From: a virus
Taxonomy: Duplodnaviria > Caudoviricetes
DNA length: 41,979 bases
Strand: one strand, 5' to 3'
Virus record (IMG/VR): IMGVR_UViG_3300023301_000028
Coordinates: 1 to 41,979 of that record
Shown in pieces: positions 6,151 through 15,800 of the stretch. Position numbers and translations under genes: made by a program. Under the pieces are notes generated by a model. That model searched no databases, had not been told where the DNA came from, and was given only the letters and a program-made list of their open reading frames with translations. Numbering within the stretch: position 1 is the first letter of the stretch; each line of letters begins with the position of its first letter.

Positions 6151-7025
6151 AGCTGACCAACAAGCACAATCTTCCAGAAACGTTTATGAACGTCCTTCGC
6201 CGGCCGACATACACAAAAGGTGGAGCTAACATATCGGCGACTGAGCTCATTAACAGCCCACGCATCGTGCAGCTCAAGAGATTGAACGAAGAGCACCTTG
6301 AGGAAGACGTAGCGGATCGTATCTGGGCAATCTTTGGTACGGCTATCCATGCTGTGCTCGAGCATGGCAAAGATGCGAATCACTTGGTCGAAGAAAGACT
6401 GCACGCCGTATTAGATGGATGGTCAATCTCGGGCGCCATTGATCTTCAGGTGACGAACAAGAACGGCATTCATGTTGCGGACTACAAGACTGTTGGCGCA
6501 TGGTCAGTCATGAACCAGAAGGCCGAGTGGGAGCAGCAACTCAATATCTACGCATGGCTTGTGGAGACTGTAAAGAAAGTGCCTGTGACCGGGCTGAGCA
6601 TTGTGGCCATCATTCGTGACTGGAAACGCAGGGAGTCAGAAACAAAAGACACCTACCCCAATGCGCCGGTCAAAGAGATTCAAATTACAGTCTGGTCGTA
6701 TGAGGAGCGCACAAACTTTATTCGTCAGCAGTTAAAGCTTCACTCCGAAGCCCTGTTGGCCGCAGAGACGAACGAAGAGTTACCACAATGTACGCCAGCA
6801 GAAATGTGGGAAAAGTCTACGAGCTGGGCGATTAAGAAAGTAGGTGGGGTACGTGCCAAGCAGATTTGCTATAGCAAAGAAGACGCTGATATTGCGCTAG
6901 AGCAAGTAGGTAAGGGCTATGCCATAGAGGTGAGGGAAGGGGAACGAACACGCTGTCAGAATTACTGTCAGGTACGGGATTTCTGCGGTCAATGGAAGGA
7001 TTACAACTCAGGGAGAAATGAATGA
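6147..7025 (+). CDS. PD-(D/E)XK exonuclease (RecB/Cas4-like)
   Basis: SATEL, GTAIHAVLE, SGAIDL, VADYKT, QLNIY and C-terminal CQNYC...FC; adjacent to ERF recombinase. Confidence 0.85.
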   Translation: MKLTNKHNLPETFMNVLRRPTYTKGGANISATELINSPRIVQLKRLNEEHLEEDVADRIWAIFGTAIHAVLEHGKDANHLVEERLHAVLDGWSISGAIDLQVTNKNGIHVADYKTVGAWSVMNQKAEWEQQLNIYAWLVETVKKVPVTGLSIVAIIRDWKRRESETKDTYPNAPVKEIQITVWSYEERTNFIRQQLKLHSEALLAAETNEELPQCTPAEMWEKSTSWAIKKVGGVRAKQICYSKEDADIALEQVGKGYAIEVREGERTRCQNYCQVRDFCGQWKDYNSGRNE

Positions 7026-7693
7026 GCGTTTACAAGAAACTAATGCAGGCACGACTAAAGCTGCAAACAACCAAGATTGCTAAAAGCGGACACAACAAGT
7101 TTGCCAATTATTCATATATGCAGCTCGATGATTTTCTGCCGGTAACGCAGAACATCTTTGCCGAGCTCGGGCTGTGTGGGATTATCAGCTACGGAATGGA
7201 AATTGCGACGCTAACCATTACAGACACCGATGGCGGCGGAGAGATTGTCATTCAAAGCCCGATGTCTACGGCGGCCTTAAAAGGATGCCATGAAGTACAG
7301 AACCTTGGCGCTGTTCAAACTTACCTCAGGCGCTACCTGTGGGTGACAGCAATGGAGATTGTTGAGCATGACGCCTTAGACTCTGCGCCTCCAGTCGAGG
7401 AAGAGAAACCCAAGGCCAAGCCTAAGGCCGAACCCAAGCTTGAGCACGTACAAGGCAAAGACGGTCCTTGGCAGATCACGATTAGCGAGAAAGAGCCCGG
7501 TGGTTTTGCGGGAGCGCTCAAGGAATGCACAGACATTCTGTTAACTATGAGCGAATCCGTTGACAATGTGAACTCAATCTTTCAAGCCAACCGCCAGTTA
7601 TACGACAAGCTCAAAGTCGAAAACAAAGTTATCTACGACGAAACCCTTGAAGCATTTAAAACACGTAAAGCAACATTTCAACAGGAGAAATAA
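7022..7693 (+). CDS. erf: ERF-family single-strand annealing recombinase
   Basis: KSGHNKFANYSY...L.D and QNLGAVQTYLRRY...EHDALD ERF signatures. Confidence 0.88.
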   Translation: MSVYKKLMQARLKLQTTKIAKSGHNKFANYSYMQLDDFLPVTQNIFAELGLCGIISYGMEIATLTITDTDGGGEIVIQSPMSTAALKGCHEVQNLGAVQTYLRRYLWVTAMEIVEHDALDSAPPVEEEKPKAKPKAEPKLEHVQGKDGPWQITISEKEPGGFAGALKECTDILLTMSESVDNVNSIFQANRQLYDKLKVENKVIYDETLEAFKTRKATFQQEK

Positions 7694-7969
7694 ATGGAAT
7701 ATCCCAACACCGGCTCATTGTGGCCAAACAAAAACAAAACTACAGAAGCACACCCAAACGTGCGTGGCACCATCAAGATTGAGCGCAGCTTGCTCAAAGA
7801 GCTGATGACAAATAGTGATGAAGAACTTATTGAGATTGAGATTTCTGGTTGGACAAAGACCTACCAAGAGCAAAAGTTTCTTTCGCTCAAGGCAGCCAAG
7901 CCATACAAGAAGTCTGCCCCCAAGCAATCTAAGCCCGCCAACGATGATCTCGATTCGATGCCTTTTTGA
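7694..7969 (+). CDS. putative single-stranded DNA-binding protein (DUF736-like OB fold)
   Basis: NTGSLWPN...HPNVRG...ISGW...FLSL; SSB-like acidic tip DDLDSMPF; follows ERF. Confidence 0.7.
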   Translation: MEYPNTGSLWPNKNKTTEAHPNVRGTIKIERSLLKELMTNSDEELIEIEISGWTKTYQEQKFLSLKAAKPYKKSAPKQSKPANDDLDSMPF

Positions 7970-7980
7970 AGGAGAAAAAT

Positions 7981-8166
7981 ATGACTGTTAAAAAACAAGT
8001 GGTGAACTGGGAAGACTTGGCCAAGAAGTTACAAAAGTCTCTGGAAGATCAGATTGACGAGAATGAAAAACTTGAGCGTCGCTTAGAAGAAATGTACGCA
8101 CAGGCTATTAAGTTTCAAGGGGTGGTTGAATATCTGGAGAGGAAGATTGAAAACTCTAAACTTTGA
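7981..8166 (+). CDS. small coiled-coil hypothetical protein
   Basis: AAGGAG SD before ATG 7981; heptad pattern. Confidence 0.7.
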   Translation: MTVKKQVVNWEDLAKKLQKSLEDQIDENEKLERRLEEMYAQAIKFQGVVEYLERKIENSKL

Positions 8167-8204
8167 AGGCGTCAAGTCATACCGCAAAAGAAAGGAGAAA
8201 ACAA

Positions 8205-8621
8205 ATGCATCCGCAATTTGAGGCAGTCAAACTCGGTCTTAAGCAAGACAAAAATGGTTACGTTCTTACGTTAAGCATTCATCCGGACGATCTTGATGAT
8301 GCAGTCATGCGTGATTTTGTAGGTTCTAGGTATCAAGTGGTCATGGTTCGTCTTGGGGATGACGAGCAACCCATGAGTAGAGAGGGAGAGTTTCCCGGAG
8401 ATCATGCCGTAAAGATGGCCGGCATTCTATGTAGGGATAGCGATTTTTGGGAATGGTTGCACCAACGGGAGCTGCTACTGGAGAAGAACGAGAAAGCTTG
8501 CGCAGAATGGTTAATTAGTTATCTGAGCATTGAATCACGCAAAGAACTGAAAACCGACTCTGACGCACGCAATCTTTTTAACCAACTTAAGCGCAGCTTT
8601 GATGCGTGGCAAAAATCCTAA
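8205..8621 (+). CDS. hypothetical phage protein
   Basis: AAGGAG SD before ATG 8205 (MHPQFEAVK...). Confidence 0.75.
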   Translation: MHPQFEAVKLGLKQDKNGYVLTLSIHPDDLDDAVMRDFVGSRYQVVMVRLGDDEQPMSREGEFPGDHAVKMAGILCRDSDFWEWLHQRELLLEKNEKACAEWLISYLSIESRKELKTDSDARNLFNQLKRSFDAWQKS

Positions 8622-8630
8622 GGAACCAAC

Positions 8631-8912
8631 ATGACTAAACTCATACCCTATTCGGTCTACTTATCGAAAGAACACTACGACAAGATCCGACAGCACGCCA
8701 AGAACCGTAAAGCTTCCTCATTGGTACGGGATGCGATTACTATGATTATTGACGGCAATGACCCCTACAAAGCAGGATACAGCCAAGCCTTGCGTGACGC
8801 TGTAAAAATTGTAGACGCTTGCAAAGAAATAGAACACTTTGCATTCAAGGGCAAATACCTAAACGACATCTTAATCGACAAGCTCAAAGGGCTTGATACC
8901 AGTACTAAATAG
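8631..8912 (+). CDS. putative ribbon-helix-helix-like DNA-binding protein
   Basis: YSVYL-helix-ASSLVRDAI beta-alpha-alpha pattern; AAGGA SD. Confidence 0.55.
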   Translation: MTKLIPYSVYLSKEHYDKIRQHAKNRKASSLVRDAITMIIDGNDPYKAGYSQALRDAVKIVDACKEIEHFAFKGKYLNDILIDKLKGLDTSTK

Positions 8913-8921
8913 GAGCAGGTC

Positions 8922-9164
8922 ATGGCAACACGAGATTACAAACGGGAATTCCAGACTCAGCAAGATCGTGGCGAATTGCCAGACCGCATGGAACGCCAAC
9001 GCGCTAGACGGGCTCTGGACGCGAAAGGAGTGTCTAGGAAGGGTAAGGACGTAGCACACGTCAAAGCGCTCTCTAAGGGCGGCTCTAACGCAGATGGAGT
9101 GCGTTTAGAGGCGCCTAGCAAGAACCGGAGCTTCAAACGCAAGCCAGACGGGAGTATGAAGTGA
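8922..9164 (+). CDS. small HNH-like endonuclease
   Basis: RDYKRE...DVAHVKALSKGGSN...NRSF, a degenerate HNH motif; AGGAG SD. Confidence 0.7.
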   Translation: MATRDYKREFQTQQDRGELPDRMERQRARRALDAKGVSRKGKDVAHVKALSKGGSNADGVRLEAPSKNRSFKRKPDGSMK

Positions 9165-9355
9165 AAGATGAAGATATGAGGGACTTTTTTGCGGCGTTTG
9201 CCATGCTTGGAGGGGTTGTTAGGCATGGTGCAATGCACAAGTTTGTGGCCAACGATGCTTATGCTATGGCAGATGAGATGATGTTGGCACGAGTGCAGCA
9301 CGAAGAAGTGGGGATTACCGCAGTTAAACCTAAACGAAAGAGAGAAACAGAATGA
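9161..9355 (+). CDS. hypothetical phage protein
   Basis: RDFFAAFAM...AYAMADEMMLAR, a recurrent small phage protein pattern; GTGA overlap. Confidence 0.75.
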   Translation: MKDEDMRDFFAAFAMLGGVVRHGAMHKFVANDAYAMADEMMLARVQHEEVGITAVKPKRKRETE

Positions 9356-9489
9356 AAACAATTATATTTACACTAGCATTATTGATGTCAACATCAGCAC
9401 TTGCTGTCATTAAATGCGAGAGCACACCTACCGGCACTTGTTGTTGGGATACCCAGAAAGAAGGTCCATTTCGACCCATTTCATGTTAA
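9352..9489 (+). CDS. 45-aa exported Cys-rich peptide
   Basis: MKTIIFTLALLMSTSALA/VIKCESTPTGTCCWDTQKEGPFRPISC: signal peptide with ALA site and 4 Cys; ATGA overlap; not in the ORF track. Confidence 0.7.
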   Translation: MKTIIFTLALLMSTSALAVIKCESTPTGTCCWDTQKEGPFRPISC

Positions 9490-9500
9490 TAAACCAAATG

Positions 9501-9522
9501 TCACCCTAAACGTTTAGGGTGA
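9501..9522. repeat. perfect 22-bp palindrome
   Basis: TCACCCTAAAC-GTTTAGGGTGA, intergenic. Confidence 0.9.
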
Positions 9523-9531
9523 GAACCGATT

Positions 9532-9825
9532 ATGTCTACAAAAACAGAGAAGAAACACTACGACAGGCTCGCTCAACTCGGGTGCAGCCTGTGTAGACAT
9601 CTGGGCTATGGTGAGAGCCCAGCGCACATTCATCATATTCGACGGATGGGAATGAAAAGAGATAACTCGCCTGTTATACCATTGTGCCCAGCGCATCATA
9701 CAGGTAACGAAGGTGTGCACGGTATGGGCAAGAAAGCCTTTGCCGCATACTATGGCGTGACGGAAGAAGACTTGTTAGGGCAGACAGAGACGCTTATCTC
9801 TCCACCTGACGCACTCGATCATTAA
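9532..9825 (+). CDS. Ref-like recombination-enhancement (RecA-dependent HNH) nuclease
   Basis: GCSLC...PAHIHHIR...VIPLCPAHH...GVHG. Confidence 0.8.
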   Translation: MSTKTEKKHYDRLAQLGCSLCRHLGYGESPAHIHHIRRMGMKRDNSPVIPLCPAHHTGNEGVHGMGKKAFAAYYGVTEEDLLGQTETLISPPDALDH

Positions 9826-12800
9826 ACGTTTTCATCATGCGTAATTTTTGATCGTCAATACGTTGAATACGCTCATCATCAGGGTTCTTGTCAAACAGTT
9901 GCTTCTTCGTTTTGTTCAGCTTGCTAATCTCGTTCTCTAAACGATTGGCATCTTTTACATACCTAGCACTAGGGTTATCTCTAAGGTATGCAGGCGCTTC
10001 TCCGCGGGGGGCAAGACCTTTAAGTTCATTTTCATGCTTAGCCATTTCGGTAACATTTACATAAAATTTATTGGCTACGCTAGCAGGAGCATTGAGGTCG
10101 CCATATATTTTGCCAAGAATAGGAATCTTGTATGGCTCAACAGCTTCGCCTTTGCTTGTTCCTGCAACATACTCAGCCGCACGACCAATTTCTCGGCCTA
10201 CACCGCCAAGATATTGCTTCACGACATAATTAATGTCGTCGCCCGTTGGGCTAAAACCACCTTTGTTAAATTCACTACCTAAGCTAATGTAGTTAATAAA
10301 CTCGGCTATTCCTTTAGAGATTTCTCCAGCAGACTCCCGCGAACGCAAGTAACCCGGCGAAGGACTGGTAGCGCGGTCTTCTTTGGAGATGGGGCGACCA
10401 AACGCATCACGGTTCATGATGACGTTGGCAATTGGATCAGCAATTGTTGGCATCGATATTTGAATTGCATTGCCACCACCCAAAGGGTTAAAGGATGAGA
10501 CAACCGCTTCCATTAAATCTGTGACCTTTCTTTGTCCAGACTTTTTGTCGCCGAACGCCATTTCAGAAAGAATACGCCCGATGTTTGGCAGAATGTTAAA
10601 CCCAAGCGGCATTGGAATCATGACGTAACCGCCATCGCCAGTCGGGAAAATTAAATTCTTTTGCTTAATAAACTCTGACGGATCGTCCTCATCAAAGTCG
10701 GCCATAGCTAACAACGCAGCTTGGAACGCCCCAAGTAAAAATCCGCCCGCAATGATTCTTCTTCCGGCAGGCCCACGTAGCGTTTCTATCATGCGAGTAG
10801 TGCCTTGCACGGCAGAGTTAAAGAACGCATACAGAGCGCCTATGCCGGCCGTCTTGGCGCCTTTGCGGTTAAAGTTGACCGTGATGTTTTTAGCAATCTC
10901 AGCCGACTCTTCTTTAGATAATCCAAGTTTTAACGCTTGTTCATACGCAGACAAACGAACGACATTTTCAAGGGTATCGTTATAGTCAGACAACCATCCG
11001 ACCACCACGGACGCTACTTTCTTGACGTTACCTTGGTTTAGGTTTTTAAGCTCTCGCTCGACAATCGTGCCTTTCTTTTGGAAGCTCGTAAACTGATTGA
11101 TAAAGCCAGTCTTACCGCCGCTCGCTTCCATGTCACGGTACAAGTCGGAGTAATGCCCTTGCGCTTGTCCGCCCTTTCGACGTGTACGTGTTTCTTTGTA
11201 AATACCGCGCATTGCTTTGAAAGCACCAGCCACAACTTCTGCTTTTTTATCTCTAAGCGGCGTGGTCGTTAAGTTTAATGCGGCTGCCTGTACGTCTCGG
11301 GCAAAGTTCCATGCGCCAAAGATGGGGTTGTACTGGGTGCTTAGCGCTGCAATGAAACGAGTAACGGTGCCGAGCACTTGAGTAAGTTCTCCAAGCTGTT
11401 CGGCATCCAAGTTTTTAATCGACTGAACCATGCGTTTAGCACGTTCGTTGTTTGGATTAAAGAACAAATACTTATCTTCACCGTTGATACGCACAGGCAA
11501 AACGTTTGTACTAAAACGATTTTGCTGATTGATGTTGTAACGAACGATCGCGTCAAACTTTTTGGTGACAGGGTTATAGACTTTTTTAATCGAAGCAGTC
11601 TTCGGCTCTTGAGCGATGTTTTGCATAAGCTGCGTAACATCTGCTGGATCAAACCCGTAGTCCAACAACATCTGCCGAGTTTGTGCCAGACTCTTTTTGG
11701 AGGCTGGGTCAATCGCAAGCCAATAATCTGGGTTAGGATTCGCAATCGCCAAAGCAAACAAAGACTTGCCAACACGGGCTTTCTCAGAACGCACAATGGC
11801 TTTCTGACGCTGCTCCGCTACGCTTGCCAAAATCTCCTTGACGGGCTTATCAGATCCAACGGCACGCTTAGATGAAGATCCTCTTGTGGAGAAGCCCTGA
11901 CCCATTCCTGAGCCTTCTGTGACGTAATCTAACTCTGTTCTAAACAATGGCACATAGTTAGGCCATGTTTTATTCCATCCGTCGATCTTCGATTGCTGCT
12001 CAAGGCCGCCCTGAACTTCTATAGCTTGTGTGCCTGCAATAATCTTGCGGACACGCGTTGCCAGACTTTGCAAGTCTTTGAGTTTGTCAGCAGGAATGCC
12101 GGCAAGTAGTTTCTTGGCGTCGGCAGTTGTCATGCCCGAACCACCGTCTGCCATGCCGCCAAGCTTCTTGGCTATAGAATCGTTACGTTCTTGTGCATGA
12201 AGTGCTTGCAAGTAATTATCAATCTCATCAAGACTGATTTTCTTGTCGCTCAATTCTTTGAGTAATGGCTTGAGCTCAGAGTTTAAAAACTTCTCTGTCT
12301 GGTCTGCAACGCGGCCATAGTACAGAGTTTCTTTACGGTACGCATTCAGAGCATCATCAATACGGCCGGTTGTCGCTTCAATTTGTTTCTGTACGTCTTT
12401 CAGGTCAACCTGTTTATCTTGAAACTTATAGACGAGCGGCGTCAGCCTTGTCTCTGGTGCTGCTAACCATGTTCCTTCAATAGGCTGATTGACAATACTA
12501 AGCCGTGGCATACCTGTAGAGGGGACTGTGGCGCCACGCTGTGGTAACGTAATTATTTCATCTACGCGTTCATTGTCTCGATCTTGGACGCGTTCAGCCT
12601 GGCTGACTCCAGAGCCGACCTTGCCAGCTTCGGATTGAATTGTTGTATCTTTTGGAGTTCTTGAGGGCTGTACTTTGACTCCAACAGCGCTTGTCTTTGT
12701 TGCGCTTGCTGCGCCTGATCTTTGCGATTCATTTTGGATTCCTTCAACGATAGATTGAATTTGTGAGTAAGCTTCTGGGGCGTTCGTCTGCAAATCTACA

Positions 12801-15800
12801 GGGCTAACAAAGTAAAAAGAAAATGCTTGCGCAAACGACTCTGAAGTCAGTATAACTTTGTCTTTGAATTGTTTATCAAATGGATAAGCAAAAGGGTGTT
12901 TTGTTTTTGTATTGCTTGTATCGTACCAATTTTTAAGCTCATCGTTAGCTTTTGACCAAGCGTTACCTTCAGAAATAGGTGTTTCCACACCATTTATTTT
13001 TGTTTTATCAACAGAATGACCTAACTCGTGAATGATAGATTGAAGTTTTGCTGCGCGAGACGATGATGCCCACGTCTTACCTAAAAGCAACCAGCCTCTC
13101 GCGGACGCAATGGCCGCAGTAGCGTCCATTCTTGTTGCGCCAGCAGCCGATATGTTTGCAAATACAGAGGCCGGCACACCTTGATCAATTGCTTCGCCTG
13201 CAAGATCCTTAATTAACGCCATTTGCGGGGCGCTCAGAGGCTTTGGTCTTAAAATACTTGTGCTTCCAGCGCTTTTGGCGCGAAACGAAGGAACAGCTTT
13301 TAAAAGGACTGCCTCTAACTTGTTTAACGCATCAATCTTTTGTTGTTCAGGACTGATTTGCACCGGTGTAGAAAAAATGTCCGTTTGACCAGACAGGCCT
13401 TCCTCTGCGGTCTTGCCCAGAACAAACTCGCTAGCAGCCTTCTCGCTACGAGCAGCAACTTCTTTGCGCTCGGCATCAGCTTTAGCTTTAGCATCGGTTT
13501 CACGATCGGCCTTGGCCTTGTCAGCAGCGGCTTTGTCGATTGCATCTTGTTGGGCTTTTAATTCTGCGGCTGTAGGGGCCTTTAAGCCCTGTTCTTCCTC
13601 TGTGCTTTCCTGTGAGACCTGATCTGCCGGAATATTTGCAGACTCTTCTACGATGGCGCTCGCAGATTTACGCGCCGGAACCTCGCCAAACATATCAGGC
13701 TCTTGTGAACGAGTGGCTTCAGTATTTAAATCAGTAGCAATTTGACGCAATCCAGCGCCTATCTTTTTAGATGAACGAGTATTGTTTGCAAACAATTGCA
13801 ACACAGACTGAATGATAGGATCTTGGTTTAAAAAGTCTTGTTGACCCATGACATCAGAAAGTTTCTGACCTTGCCTGTTTGCATTTATCGCAGTCTCTGC
13901 TGCTTGCACAACCTGAGGCCGTATATAATATTCTCCGGCATTTGCGAGCTTTGCCATCTGAGGCGCTGCTTGTAAGAGACCGTTAATAATATTAGCGGCG
14001 TCTACAGTCTTCGCTTCCGCTGCTAAGGCTACTAAAGCATCGTTGCCATAAGCCTTTTGGAAGATAGCTGCATTCAGCCGGTCGTAAGCCTGCCGACTAG
14101 GACGTCCTTCCTTATCAATAAGTTGCTGTTGCTCGGCCTGTGGCATCGCTGCAATAAACCCACGAACAGTCTCTGGGCTGATAGCGCCGTCATCTCGGAA
14201 CATTAGGCCATCAAGATCAATGCGATTAGCGTCGTTCTTAGCCTGTTCAGTAGCAGATAACGTAAGTGTTGAGGATGTGTTGCTTTCGTCGGCAATATCC
14301 GCAGTCACTTGATTTTGTGGCATGACTCGGACTAAGACAGGATTCTTCATGCCCGCAATGACATCAGGTTTGATTCCGTGTATGTCATCAGCAATTAAAT
14401 CTTGCTTGTACTGATTCATGGTGCCACGCGTGTAGCCTTCCTTCAGCCCGGCAACACGACCGTTTGTAACCGCTTTAAAGCCGGTAAATGACGGGTTGGC
14501 ATATTCAGGAACGGAGCTTCCATCTACTGTATTAGAAGGTAGTAATTGATCCGCCTCTAAAACTGCATACTGAACGGGGATCTTGCGATTAGATTTTGCA
14601 GACGAAATTGTTGCCTTGCGCCCTAGCTGACCGGCATCTATGGTTTGCGAACCAAAGACAACCGGAGCTCCCTCCAAAAACGAGTTAGACACAGAGACAC
14701 GCGAATAGTCGGGTGTATTGGCAATCGAATTCATCTGTGCAATCAAGGCAGGGCTGTTACGTCCGCGGTTCTGTAGCACCACGTTTTCTGGTAATGATGC
14801 GGCTGAGTCAGCAATCTGGGGATCAACGATTGGAGGTTCAACGATTGAAGGTTCATCTACCGTTGCTTCAGGTGGCGCAGCGGCCTCAACTGTAGGAGCA
14901 ACAGGAGGCGCTGCGGTAGTGGCTGCGGGCGGTGCAATTAGCGGCAAAGTAGCCTGTGCCGGCGGTGTTACTTCTGCGGGCGTTTTGGAATAGACATAGT
15001 AATTAATTCCGTCTTCTTCTTGCTGCCCAGTCAAAACGTATCCGGCGTCAAGCATCTCTTGAGGCAGGGGTGTCTCAGAATAAAATATTTCTGGTTGATT
15101 TTCTTTTTCCGGCGCTTTTGATAGATCTTCTTTTTGGTTAACGTATACCTGCTCACCGTTTCTGTCTTCCAAGACAAAACCTTTGTCGAGCATTTCTTTC
15201 TGTAAGGCTTGATCTTTGGCTGCCCGCACCTCTCGTCTAGCATTGATTCCACCAGACACTCCGCCCATTGTGGCACCGCCAATAGTAGCCATAGCGCCTG
15301 CTTCGCCCAATCCCTCGGTAAGGCTCGTCTCTGGAAAAACTTCTTGCTTGCCTATGTTGGACGCAAACTGACCGCCAATCTCTTCAATGTTTTCGCCAAG
15401 CGTCTCGCCTGCAGCGCCCTTCCCAAAGCCCTTGGCTGCCGCAGCCTTGGTGCCGCTCTTTGCTAATTCTGCGGGGCTAAGTGACTTCTTAAACATGAGT
15501 TTTTCAACTTCACGAGCTCCCGGTATTTTGGATGTGGCGTAAGACAATCCGGCCGCTTCCACGGCAGCAACACGGCCTTTTTGCAGTGCAATAGTGTTGG
15601 CTTCTTCAGGCGATGTCCCTTCCTTAACTAGACGCTCATAAATATCTTTATAAGTATCGTAGCCAATATCGGCGCCCTGCATAGCCACGCCGGTTCCTAC
15701 TGCGCCTGAAACGCCAATACGCGACAAAGCTTGCTCAGATGCGTTTTTCATCAGCAACTTGCCGGCGCCCTTGGTAATCAGACCGCCAATTCCTGTGCCA

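Noticed and set aside
6147-7025. cas4 as part of a CRISPR system
   Set aside because: Its context next to ERF and an SSB-like gene indicates a recombination exonuclease; there is no array or other cas gene.
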